Positions 18,298 to 26,937 of a stretch of 63,603 nt of DNA are shown here, piece by piece. This DNA comes from Thermoplasmatota archaeon (lineage in GTDB: Archaea; Thermoplasmatota; E2; JACPAO01; JAHFTW01), in NCBI GenBank assembly GCA_041601615.1, contig JBFIHX010000014.1:1-63603 (forward strand), given 5' to 3'. The notes under the pieces are model-generated. The model had not been told where the DNA came from. It did no database searches and saw only the letters and a list, made by a program, of their open reading frames with translations. The position numbers were made by a program, and so were the translations under genes. Each line of letters opens with the position of its first letter. The stretch's first letter is position 1.

Positions 18298-19427
18298 TAG
18301 TAGGGCAAGAGCGGGTCGAGTTGGTCTTGGATGAGCAGCAGCGCGCCTGCGAGCGCCATCGGGTTGAGGATGTTGTCCGAGGCGCTAAACGGTACGGGGG
18401 CCATGACATCGACGACGAGGAAGACAAAGCCGCAAACGAGGGCGGCGGTGAGGCCGACGAAGGGCAAGGCGAAGGCGACGCTAACGAGGACGCCGGCAAG
18501 GCTCCCGATGTAGCTTTTGTTGCTGTTGTGGGGCCATTTGGTTTTGCCCCAGCGTTTGCCAAAGATGGCGCTGGCGGAATCGCCGAAGATGCTGACGACG
18601 AGGACGGCGACGACGGCGTAGATGCTGGTGTGCCAGCCGGCGGGGTCGCGGGTGAGAAGCATGACGGAGAGGGGGAGGGTGGCGGCGATGTAGTAGTGGG
18701 CGCCGAAAAGGCCGTGTTCGCGTTCTCGAAGCAGGGTGGTGATGGTGCCTTTGAAGGGGTAGCCGAGGTCGGGGAAGCGCAGTCGGACCATTTCTACGGG
18801 CAGCAACAAGAACAGCAGGCCTAGCAGCAGGGTTAGGGAGACGATGTGGCCGGCGGCAAGGATTCCGGCGTCGAGGGGAATTTGGAGGTTGGTGAGGATT
18901 TCGGGGGGCAGTTCATCGGGTTCGCGCACCAGTTTGATGGCTCCGCGCAGGATGAGGCCTCCGAGGATGAGGTAGCCGGCGATGAAGCCGCTCATCATGA
19001 GGTGGGGGGTTTTGCGTTGTTCTTCTTCACCGAGCTCCGCGATGCGTGCCTCCATCCAGGCGTCCTTCATTTCGTGCGGGAGCATCTTTTCGGCCCATTC
19101 GTCGAGGGCGATGCGCATGTGTTCACGCCAGGTTTGGAGCCGTTTTTCGGCATCACTCAGGGTGTAGCCAAGGGTGATGATGACGCCGACGAGGCTCAAG
19201 ACGAGGACGACGAGGGAGTATGGGGCCGGTAGGAGGCTTGCGCCTTCGTTCCAGAGCAGCACTGCGAGGCCGGCCATGACGAAGGTGGCAAGCAGGCTCG
19301 ATCCGCGGTCTTCGAGGTGCTTTTGGTACGCACGTCGGGTGTGGCCGGCGGTGGCGATGGCGTAGGCTGCCACTCCGAGGGAGAGCACGCGAGCAGCGCC
19401 CAGACTGACTGGACCTGCCAGGAACAT
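18294..19427 (-). CDS. Dolichol/phytol kinase-like CTP-dependent kinase with N-terminal membrane extension
   Basis: RKTPHL, GDSASAIFGKRWG, NKSYIGS, SDNI motifs of the SEC59/VTE5/DGK1 family. Confidence 0.8.
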   Translation of the reverse strand: MFLAGPVSLGAARVLSLGVAAYAIATAGHTRRAYQKHLEDRGSSLLATFVMAGLAVLLWNEGASLLPAPYSLVVLVLSLVGVIITLGYTLSDAEKRLQTWREHMRIALDEWAEKMLPHEMKDAWMEARIAELGEEEQRKTPHLMMSGFIAGYLILGGLILRGAIKLVREPDELPPEILTNLQIPLDAGILAAGHIVSLTLLLGLLFLLLPVEMVRLRFPDLGYPFKGTITTLLREREHGLFGAHYYIAATLPLSVMLLTRDPAGWHTSIYAVVAVLVVSIFGDSASAIFGKRWGKTKWPHNSNKSYIGSLAGVLVSVAFALPFVGLTAALVCGFVFLVVDVMAPVPFSASDNILNPMALAGALLLIQDQLDPLLPYY

Positions 19428-19522
19428 GGGGTCACCCGCCACGGGGGTTCGATGGGACTGGTGCAATAAGGCCTACCGAAGCGGCGCCGGCAAAAGACGA
19501 GGAACGGAACGGCTTGTCTCCG

Positions 19523-19750
19523 TCAGATGTTCTTGTCGAAGTAGCCCGTGGTGCCGCCTTCGGGTGTGACCTTGATGGCGAGGCTGATTCCGAGGGGCAC
19601 GCAGAGGATGAGCAGTACGCCGCGCCAATCGCCGGATTCGGTGAGGAGGCCAAGTCCTATGATGCCGAGCGTGAGAGACGACAGCACGAGCACGATGGCC
19701 ACGAGTTTTCGCATCCAGTCGAACCGATTGCGACGTTTTGCCATCGACAT
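19523..19750 (-). CDS. Small 2-TM hypothetical protein
   Basis: Basic N-terminus plus two hydrophobic helices; directly downstream of tRNA-His. Confidence 0.6.
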   Translation of the reverse strand: MSMAKRRNRFDWMRKLVAIVLVLSSLTLGIIGLGLLTESGDWRGVLLILCVPLGISLAIKVTPEGGTTGYFDKNI

Positions 19751-19771
19751 GATCGAACCGGGAAAAGAAGG

Positions 19772-19845
19772 GGCCGGGGACGGGATTCGAACCCGTGCCA
19801 AGGGAACCACAATCCCTTATGCTTACCAGCTACACTACCCCAGCC
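19772..19845 (-). tRNA. tRNA-His(GTG)
   Basis: Acceptor GCTGGGG/CCCCGGC, anticodon arm AGGGA-TTGTGGT-TCCCT, T-loop TTCGAAT; G-1 and C73 encoded. Confidence 0.96.
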
Positions 19846-19867
19846 ACAGGGTGCAAGCCGGCCGACC

Positions 19868-21514
19868 CTAGCCTCGTATATCACGCTTGCGAAGGACGAA
19901 GGCTGTCGCCATGAGTCCTGTCGCGAGCAGCGGGGTGCCGATTCCGGGTGCCTTTGCGTCGTTGGCGGCGGCTACGGATGCGGTGCGTTGGAGGCTGAAT
20001 TGGAGGTCGCCTGTGTCGATGTGGGCTTCGAGGGTGGTGCTGCCGGTTTGGGTGGGTTGGTAGCGGGCCGTGTGTGCGAGGGTGCCGCCGTGGGGGATGC
20101 TGACGGTGTCGGAGCTGAGCATTTTGTTGTCTGCTTGGAGGTCGATGTGGGCAAGCAACGCGAGTCCTGGGGGGATGGGTCCGGCGTGGTCGTCGGCGAG
20201 TGCGCCGGCATGCTGGAGGCGGAGGGTGATGGGGGATTCTTGTCCGGCGCGCAGGCGTCCGGGTTCGAGGGTGGGTATGGTTCCTCGCAGGTGGCCGGAG
20301 TGGCCTTGGTAGGTGCCGGTTTCGTCGAGGAGGATGGCGAGAAAGGCGTACGAGGATTCGTGGCTGGCGCGCAGGAGCGTGGTGTCGAGGGCGGCTTGGG
20401 CGGTGCCTCGGTTTGTGGGGTGGAGTGCGGTTTGGGCGAGTACGGAGCCATCGATGGGTTGGGAGCCGTCTTCGTGGTGGGTGCCGGTGGTACCTAGGGT
20501 GATTTGTCGAAGGGCGTAGGCGGTGCCGGCCATCAAGTCTAGGGCGTCGGGGCTGTCGGAGGCCAATTGGTAGGTGACGGGGCCGAGGGGGCCAAGGGGG
20601 TTGCTTTGGCCTTGTGGGTCTGGGTTGGGTGCTTGGATGTTGGTGACGGTGGCGGCGGTTCCGATGGGCAGGAGCCAGGTGACGGCGGGGGCGCCGGGTT
20701 GAAGCGCGCAGAGGATCCAGAGGCCCGGAGGGAGTTGGTCGGCATCCAGGGAAAGAGGCACAAGGTTGCCCACGGGGGCCACGGTGGCAAGTTGCAGTTC
20801 GGTCCAGCCGGCGGGGCTTGTGATGGTGAGGTTTTCGATGCTTGCAACGCGGGTTGGATACCAGGCGCTCCATTGGACGGAAGCGGGGTTGTTGGTGCGA
20901 AGCAGGGTGCTGTGCTGGCCGTGGATGGGTTGCAGGGGCATCCAGGTTGCGGTGCCTGCTCCGATGTCGTCGATGCGGGGGATGATGGATTCGGGCACGG
21001 CGATGCCGGCGCGGTCTGCCTCGAATGTTACTGCGTGGCTGTCGATGCGGATTTGTCCGTATCCTTCGGGGCCGGTGGCGCTGCGGGCGTCGAGGCGCAT
21101 GGTCCAGGGGCCGGGTTGGAGGGCGTCCACGAGGGGGGTTTGCGGGGTGGCGCGTTGGCCGTCCACGTCGAATCGCAGGCGAAGGGTGCCGGGTTCGGTG
21201 CCTGTGTCTACTCGGCCGGTGAGTGTGGTGGCTCCGTCGGTGAGGGTTGCGTCGTAGGTCCAGTCGGGTGTTGCGGGTAGGCCTTGTCGCTCCACGCGCA
21301 CAATCCATTCGACTTGGGTGCCGAGGCTGTTGTACCAGAAGGAGAGATCTTCGGTGCCGTCGGGTCCGGCGGGGTTGGTTTTCCAGGTTTCGGGGCCGTA
21401 GCTCCAAGTCGTTTCTTGCACGAGGAGCGTGAGCGGCGGTTCTCCTTGGGCGTGCACCGCGGCGTGCGCTAGGAGCGGCAGCGTCAGGATGAGCAGGAGG
21501 TGCCCGGGGCGCAC
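19868..21514 (-). CDS. Surface protein with PGF-CTERM-like sorting tail
   Basis: Signal peptide LLLILTLPLLAHAAVHA; C-terminal KAPGIG + TM + RKR; start uncertain (GTG 21514 or 21565). Confidence 0.7.
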   Translation of the reverse strand: MRPGHLLLILTLPLLAHAAVHAQGEPPLTLLVQETTWSYGPETWKTNPAGPDGTEDLSFWYNSLGTQVEWIVRVERQGLPATPDWTYDATLTDGATTLTGRVDTGTEPGTLRLRFDVDGQRATPQTPLVDALQPGPWTMRLDARSATGPEGYGQIRIDSHAVTFEADRAGIAVPESIIPRIDDIGAGTATWMPLQPIHGQHSTLLRTNNPASVQWSAWYPTRVASIENLTITSPAGWTELQLATVAPVGNLVPLSLDADQLPPGLWILCALQPGAPAVTWLLPIGTAATVTNIQAPNPDPQGQSNPLGPLGPVTYQLASDSPDALDLMAGTAYALRQITLGTTGTHHEDGSQPIDGSVLAQTALHPTNRGTAQAALDTTLLRASHESSYAFLAILLDETGTYQGHSGHLRGTIPTLEPGRLRAGQESPITLRLQHAGALADDHAGPIPPGLALLAHIDLQADNKMLSSDTVSIPHGGTLAHTARYQPTQTGSTTLEAHIDTGDLQFSLQRTASVAAANDAKAPGIGTPLLATGLMATAFVLRKRDIRG

Positions 21515-21561
21515 GAGTGGCCACCGAGTACGGGGCAGATGACCGTTGTGCAGAACCGGCC

Positions 21562-22236
21562 TCACGGGGCCACGAGGCTTGTTTGGGTGCCACGCACGGC
21601 CTGAATGGCGGCGCGTACGTCCGTGGCGCCGTACACGAAGGAACCAGCCACGGCGCATGTAGCCCCTGCGTTCTCGACCATGCGGCCCGTTTCGCCGTTG
21701 ATGCCGCCGTCCACTTGGATTTCTAGGGGGTTTTCGCGTTCGGTGGCGGCTGCCATGCGGGCGATGCGGCGCACTTTGGGCAGGACGCTTGGCAGGAAGC
21801 TCTGGCCTCCGAATCCGGGGTTGACGGTCATGCACAACACGAGGTCAAGGTCGTCTAGGACGTACTGGATGGCGCTTTCTGGAGTGCCGGGGTTGAGGGC
21901 AACGCCTGCTTTGCAGCCTGCGTCATGGATTTGTTGGATGACGCGGTGCAGATGTGGGGCGGCTTCGGCGTGCACGGTGATGAAGTCGGCACCGGCGGCG
22001 GCAAAGTCGTCGATGTAGCGCTCGGGCTCGACAATCATGAGGTGGCAGTCCATGGTGAGGTCGGTGACGCGGCGCACAGCCTTGGCAATCATGGGGCCGA
22101 TGGTGATGTTGGGCACGAAGCGGCCATCCATCACATCCACGTGGATCCAGTCGGCGCCGGCTTGCTCTACCTTGCGCACATCGGCGGCGAGGTTGCCAAA
22201 GTCAGCAGACAGAATGGAGGGTGCGACCTTGAGCAT
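21562..22236 (-). CDS. rpe: Ribulose-phosphate 3-epimerase
   Basis: APSILSADF, HVDVMDGRFVPNIT, DCHLM, MTVNPGFGGQ, VDGGI. Confidence 0.97.
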   Translation of the reverse strand: MLKVAPSILSADFGNLAADVRKVEQAGADWIHVDVMDGRFVPNITIGPMIAKAVRRVTDLTMDCHLMIVEPERYIDDFAAAGADFITVHAEAAPHLHRVIQQIHDAGCKAGVALNPGTPESAIQYVLDDLDLVLCMTVNPGFGGQSFLPSVLPKVRRIARMAAATERENPLEIQVDGGINGETGRMVENAGATCAVAGSFVYGATDVRAAIQAVRGTQTSLVAP

Positions 22237-22282
22237 GGGCGTGGGCGGCGACGGGCGCGGCGCTCTTGGGTGTTGCTGCCGT

Positions 22283-23071
22283 TTAGTGCTCGGCGGTGAC
22301 CGGTTCCACGTGGAATTTGTGTTGCACCCATTTGGGTGGTTTGTAGGCAGCGAGGATGGCCAGTACTGCGCCGAAGCCGATGGCGCGTTGGGTGTACTGC
22401 CAGCCGTCGGCGGTGGTTAGGTCCACGTCCGCGATCAGCCCGGCGATGCTTGCAATGAGGCTGAGCCCAAACCACACGAGGATGGCGGTCCCTACGAGTC
22501 GAACTCGGTATCGTTGGGTCACGTCCTCCAGTTTTGGCCCCAGGCGCAGGAATCCGATGGCGGCTGCCATCTGTGGTCCAATCAGGAGAACGACGAAGGC
22601 AAATCCGGCAATGGGCGACAGTTCTCGATCACTTTCTGGAAGACTCACGATGTTCCAGCCGTTGTCCGTAAAATCGGTGGGTGGATTCCAGAGCGCGGCC
22701 ACGAGCCCGAGCAAGGAAAGGTAGAACAGGACGTAGAAGGCCACGAGTGGCTTGAACCAGCGACCGCTGCCTGTGTAAATGTACACCATGTAGTACAGGA
22801 GGCCGAGGAGTGCCACGACAATGGCAAGGAGGTTGATTTGGCTGACGATGATGAAATAGGCAGGATTCAGGGCTTCGAGCCGGTAGAGAATGATGTTGAG
22901 TGCTCCGATGAGGCTGACGGAACCCAAGGCATACCACCACACCAGGAACATGCGCTGGGCCAGTTGGGCTTCTCGGGGCACGCTTCGTTTGGCCACCTGC
23001 AGGCCGACGTAGACATAGAGCACGCCGACGATGAAATCATAGGTGCCGACCAATGCAAGTGTGTCCGTCAT
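22283..23071 (-). CDS. Stand-alone 7-TM membrane protein (HisKA_7TM-like sensor, inferred)
   Basis: Seven hydrophobic segments and no cytoplasmic output domain; ATG overlaps the ATPase stop (TGATG). Confidence 0.7.
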   Translation of the reverse strand: MTDTLALVGTYDFIVGVLYVYVGLQVAKRSVPREAQLAQRMFLVWWYALGSVSLIGALNIILYRLEALNPAYFIIVSQINLLAIVVALLGLLYYMVYIYTGSGRWFKPLVAFYVLFYLSLLGLVAALWNPPTDFTDNGWNIVSLPESDRELSPIAGFAFVVLLIGPQMAAAIGFLRLGPKLEDVTQRYRVRLVGTAILVWFGLSLIASIAGLIADVDLTTADGWQYTQRAIGFGAVLAILAAYKPPKWVQHKFHVEPVTAEH

Positions 23072-23832
23072 CAAATCAGACCTCGGGCGCGTTCTTGGAC
23101 GGTGCGGCGGGCGCTGCCTCGGCTGATGTTTTCGATGCCGGCAAAATCTGCTTCGATCGTCATGCCCTTGGGCCCCAGTTCCACGCGCCGGTAGCGCCGG
23201 TCGTGGTCGCCGCCTCGAAACTTCAGGACATTGCAGGCCTTCACCAGTTCACCGTCCAGTTCCACGTAGCGCAGCAGGATGACGGTGTCCACGAGGAACT
23301 CCAGGCCCCACTGGCTGACGCGCACAGCGGGGCCGACGATTTCGGCAATTTCGTGGGTCAGCAATGTGGTGATTCCGATGAGTCGAAGCTTGTTCATCAT
23401 TCCAGACAATTGTGTGCGCATATCGTGCGCGTCCAGACCCAGAAACTCGAAGTGGGTCATGGAGTCGATGACGAGCCGCTTGGCGCCGATGGCCCGAATC
23501 GCCTCCTCTAGGATGCCCAATTGGGTTCCGGATTTGGCAAGGATCATATCCGGCGTGGTGCAGAGAAGCCGGACTTTGCCCGACTCTTCCCAAGCTTTGA
23601 AGTCCCAGCCCTTGACCGCAGCATCGCGGTAGATCTGCTGAGGTAGATATTCGAACGTGACGTAGACCGTGCTTTCGCCAGCGGCGACTCCTGCTGCGGC
23701 AAAGTGCATGCCGAGCGTGGTTTTGCCGGTGCCAGGGCTGCCGGCCACGAGGATTGCGTCGCCATGGAGGAAGCCACCCCCGAGCATTTTGTCCAAGCCC
23801 TTGACGCCCGTTTGGGCACGGTCGCTAGTCAC
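23071..23832 (-). CDS. Single-domain KaiC/RAD55-family ATPase
   Basis: TGVKGLDKMLGGG, Walker A GSPGTGKT, RLVIDS, VLKFRG, KaiC-like tail FAGIENISRGS. Confidence 0.92.
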   Translation of the reverse strand: MTSDRAQTGVKGLDKMLGGGFLHGDAILVAGSPGTGKTTLGMHFAAAGVAAGESTVYVTFEYLPQQIYRDAAVKGWDFKAWEESGKVRLLCTTPDMILAKSGTQLGILEEAIRAIGAKRLVIDSMTHFEFLGLDAHDMRTQLSGMMNKLRLIGITTLLTHEIAEIVGPAVRVSQWGLEFLVDTVILLRYVELDGELVKACNVLKFRGGDHDRRYRRVELGPKGMTIEADFAGIENISRGSARRTVQERARGLI

Positions 23833-24148
23833 GCTTTCCCTCCATGCGGCGTTGAATTTCGTCGGTGATGAATGTCTCCACGTCGTTGCTCATTTCTCGG
23901 TCGTACACGAGGACAATTTTTTCGCCAAATTTTCGTTCTTTCAGGAGGCCGATGCTGACGTGGTCTGCAATCGCATCCCGCAGGGACTCCACCGTGGTGC
24001 CGAGTCGCACGGCGAGTCCTTCCAGGGTTTCGATGACGCCGGGATTGTTTCGGTAGAAGACCGTGATCATCAACTTCTCCTCGTTGTCCATCCAGACTTC
24101 GAAGAGTTTTTTCAAATCGGGGTGCCGGCCGCGGCCTTCATCAAGCAC
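23825..24148 (-). CDS. Small winged-helix-like protein
   Basis: FYRNNPGVIETLEGLAVRLGTTVESLRDAIADHVSIGLL fits an HTH plus wing; overlaps both neighbours by 8 nt. Confidence 0.65.
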   Translation of the reverse strand: MLDEGRGRHPDLKKLFEVWMDNEEKLMITVFYRNNPGVIETLEGLAVRLGTTVESLRDAIADHVSIGLLKERKFGEKIVLVYDREMSNDVETFITDEIQRRMEGKRD

Positions 24149-24563
24149 GAATTTCCTCCTGAATCAGCACTATTTTTCCTTCCGGCGCATGTTCCAAGGT
24201 CGCCACGTGTCGACGGCCTCGCAACTTGGAGATCGCCCCTTCTAGTGTGCCCAAGGCGATACCGTTGAGAATGCCGGCGTCGGTTTCTAGGAGCCTGGAG
24301 CCGCGAATGCAGATGCGCACGCGATTTCGACCGGACTCCATGAGTTCAGATTGTTGGCCAAGCACGGCGTCGATGCGCTCTAGGACCTTGACCAAGTCGC
24401 CTTCCGTGAATCCGGTGGCCATTCGTTCCCCTTCGCTGTACGCAGCAAAATGGAATGCCGCATTGCCGGCGGCGTCGCCCATGAGGTCGCCCATTCGGTC
24501 CACCAAGCCCTCGAAGAAGGAACTGCCCACCCCTGCACTTCCGTTGGCAGGGTCCTCGGCCAT
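24141..24563 (-). CDS. V4R/TRAPP-Bet3-like small protein (inferred)
   Basis: Patterns FFEGLVDRMGDLMGDAA...YSEGERMA and GIALGTLEGAISKLRG resemble the V4R fold; purine-rich RBS upstream; lacks the V4R Cys ligands. Confidence 0.55.
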   Translation of the reverse strand: MAEDPANGSAGVGSSFFEGLVDRMGDLMGDAAGNAAFHFAAYSEGERMATGFTEGDLVKVLERIDAVLGQQSELMESGRNRVRICIRGSRLLETDAGILNGIALGTLEGAISKLRGRRHVATLEHAPEGKIVLIQEEIRA

Positions 24564-24609
24564 CACGCTCCTAATTCCTCCTATTCGATGGATAAAACTT
24601 TCCGCAGGG

Positions 24610-26832
24610 TCAGGCGGGGCTAAGGCCGCCGCGATGCAAGGGGAGCCGGAACCAGAAGGACGCGCCTTTGCCACTGCCTGCACTGTCAACCCCGATGCTG
24701 CCTCCGTGCTGTTCGATGATGCCTTTGGAAATGTAGAGTCCGAGGCCCGTGCCAGGCAGGTTTGTGCGCCGCAAATCGTGGACCTGGCTAAACGGCTGGA
24801 ACAAATTGGCGATTTGCGCAGGTTCTAGGCCCGCTCCGTTATCCGTCACGCGCACCTCCACCATGGTGCCGTCCACCTTGGCTTCCACGCGGAACATGCC
24901 GCCGGGGGGACTGAACTTGATGGCGTTGCTTACGAGGTTCACAAGCACCTGTACCATCCTGTTGCGGTCGGCGCGCACGGTCAAATCCTCCGGCACATCG
25001 ATTCGACTTTTCAGACCGGCCTTGGAAATGGCTTGCTCGAACGTGTCCACCGCCTCATGGACAATTTGGTTCAGTTGCAACGGCTTCTGGACCATTTTCA
25101 ATTTGCCCGACTCCAGGCGTGCCACGTCGAGCACGTCTTGGATGAGCATGGACAACCGTTCCACGTTGCGCTGCAGGACTTCCACGGAATGCTTCTGGCG
25201 GTCCGAAAGCTTGCCGAGCCGGTCGGATTCCAGCAAGTGCAATTGCAGGCGTAAGGGCGTCATGGGCGTGTTGAGTTCGTGGCTGGCCGTGTTCAATAGG
25301 AGTGTCTTGAAACGGTTGACCTCGCGCAGTTGTTGAATTTCAATGAGCCGCTCGAATGCCAATCGGTCGGATTCCTCCGCCTTGCGCCGCTCGGTGATGT
25401 CTCGCAGCACGGCCAGCAAAAAGACCTCCTCGCCACTGTCGACGCGCGCAAGACTGGCTTCGACAGGCACCATGCCGCCCGCACCCAGCAACTCTGCATC
25501 CCAGACTCGGTGGGCTCGGTCCAAGCCGTTGTGCGCTACTTCGAGAATCTTTTCGAAATGGGCCTTGGCCTTGGCCGGCATGGCAAAGTCCTGGAAAATG
25601 TGGCCAAGTGCCTCTGCCGCAGTCTTTCCAAACATTTGCTCGGCGGCGGAATTCCATTCCACGATTCGGCCGTCAAGATCCGTCAGAACCACCGCATCAA
25701 GCGCGCTTTCTAGCAAGCTTTCCATGCGTGCCTGCCGTTCGCGTGCTTCCTGTTCGCCGCGGCGACGTTCGGTGGTGTTTCGAATGGCGGCCGTGACCAC
25801 GAGGCCCTCCTCCGTCTCCAATGGACTCAAGCTGATTTCGGCTGGAAACTCGGAGCCATCCTTGCGTCTTGCCACGAGATCGAGTTCTTCGCCCATCGGG
25901 CGCCTCTCGGGATGCTCCTGGTACGCTTTGCGGTGCGATTCATGCCGCCGATGCAAGCCCTCAGGCATCAGCACCTCCACTTGTCTGCCTACCAATTCCT
26001 GCCGAGTGTAGCCGAACATCCGTTCCGCCTCTTGGTTGATGAATTGGATGGCGCCGCTGGCATCAGCAAGCACCATGGCATCGGGCGCCGCCTCCAGGAG
26101 CGCTTCAAAGGTTCGGTTGGCAACCACTTGGTCCGTCACGTCCTGGCTGACGCCATACATGCGCACCGTGTTGCCAAAGGAATCGGTCTCCACTGCGCCC
26201 TGTCCAAAGACATGCCGGACGACACCATCCGAACGAACCACCCGGTGGCGTACCGTGAACGATTTTGCTTCCTTGAATGCATCCTGGATGACTGCATGCA
26301 CTCGTTCCCGATCACCCTCATGAATGGTGGTCAGGTACGCTTCGTAGCTGGCGCCGAAGCCGGACGGATCAATCCCGTACAGTTCGTATAATTCACGGCT
26401 CCAAGTGATGGTGTCTTTCTCCACATCCCAAGTCCAGCTGCCGATGCGTGCCAAGTGTTGGGCACGGCGCAACTGTCTCTCGGAACGGCGTACGCGTTCG
26501 CGAGCCTCGTGCCGCGCCGTACCGTCCCGAAGATGCAAAACGAGCTGTCCCTGGTCCAAACCCACACCAACCATGAGGTGCAAGCGGCTGCCGTCGGCGT
26601 GTTCGTACCAGACATCGTCCATGTCCGCCAAGACTTGCCCGGGCCCCACATTGCTCCCGTTGCCCAATATTTCATGGACGGACCTGCCTTCAAGTTCGGT
26701 GGCTTCGGCTCCCAACAATGCGGTCGCGCCAGCGTCCACGCGCGCAACAAGGCCATCCGGGGCAATCCAGAAACGGCCTCCTTCGGAGACTGGACCTAGT
26801 CCCGACCGCCGGCGGGGGGCGCGGAGCGACAT
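24610..26832 (-). CDS. Cytoplasmic multi-PAS sensor histidine kinase
   Basis: Three to four PAS/PAC domains, H-box SHELNTPM, N-box NLVSNAIKF, DNGAG, GTGLGL; no TM segment or receiver domain. Confidence 0.94.
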   Translation of the reverse strand: MSLRAPRRRSGLGPVSEGGRFWIAPDGLVARVDAGATALLGAEATELEGRSVHEILGNGSNVGPGQVLADMDDVWYEHADGSRLHLMVGVGLDQGQLVLHLRDGTARHEARERVRRSERQLRRAQHLARIGSWTWDVEKDTITWSRELYELYGIDPSGFGASYEAYLTTIHEGDRERVHAVIQDAFKEAKSFTVRHRVVRSDGVVRHVFGQGAVETDSFGNTVRMYGVSQDVTDQVVANRTFEALLEAAPDAMVLADASGAIQFINQEAERMFGYTRQELVGRQVEVLMPEGLHRRHESHRKAYQEHPERRPMGEELDLVARRKDGSEFPAEISLSPLETEEGLVVTAAIRNTTERRRGEQEARERQARMESLLESALDAVVLTDLDGRIVEWNSAAEQMFGKTAAEALGHIFQDFAMPAKAKAHFEKILEVAHNGLDRAHRVWDAELLGAGGMVPVEASLARVDSGEEVFLLAVLRDITERRKAEESDRLAFERLIEIQQLREVNRFKTLLLNTASHELNTPMTPLRLQLHLLESDRLGKLSDRQKHSVEVLQRNVERLSMLIQDVLDVARLESGKLKMVQKPLQLNQIVHEAVDTFEQAISKAGLKSRIDVPEDLTVRADRNRMVQVLVNLVSNAIKFSPPGGMFRVEAKVDGTMVEVRVTDNGAGLEPAQIANLFQPFSQVHDLRRTNLPGTGLGLYISKGIIEQHGGSIGVDSAGSGKGASFWFRLPLHRGGLSPA

Positions 26833-26937
26833 GGAACAGAGGATGCTCAGATTGAATGATATTTAGGAGGAAGGGAGAGGGGACACGGGCGACCGGGCCA
26901 AGAACGCAGCTAGGCCGCCTCGTTGTGCATTGCTTGT

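Noticed and set aside
22283-23071. Microbial rhodopsin
   Set aside because: Seven TM segments, but no retinal-binding Lys motif within helix 7 and no helix 3 RYxDW-type motif.
23071-23832. Circadian clock KaiC
   Set aside because: Single domain, no Ser/Thr phosphosites at the CII positions, and no kaiA/kaiB nearby.
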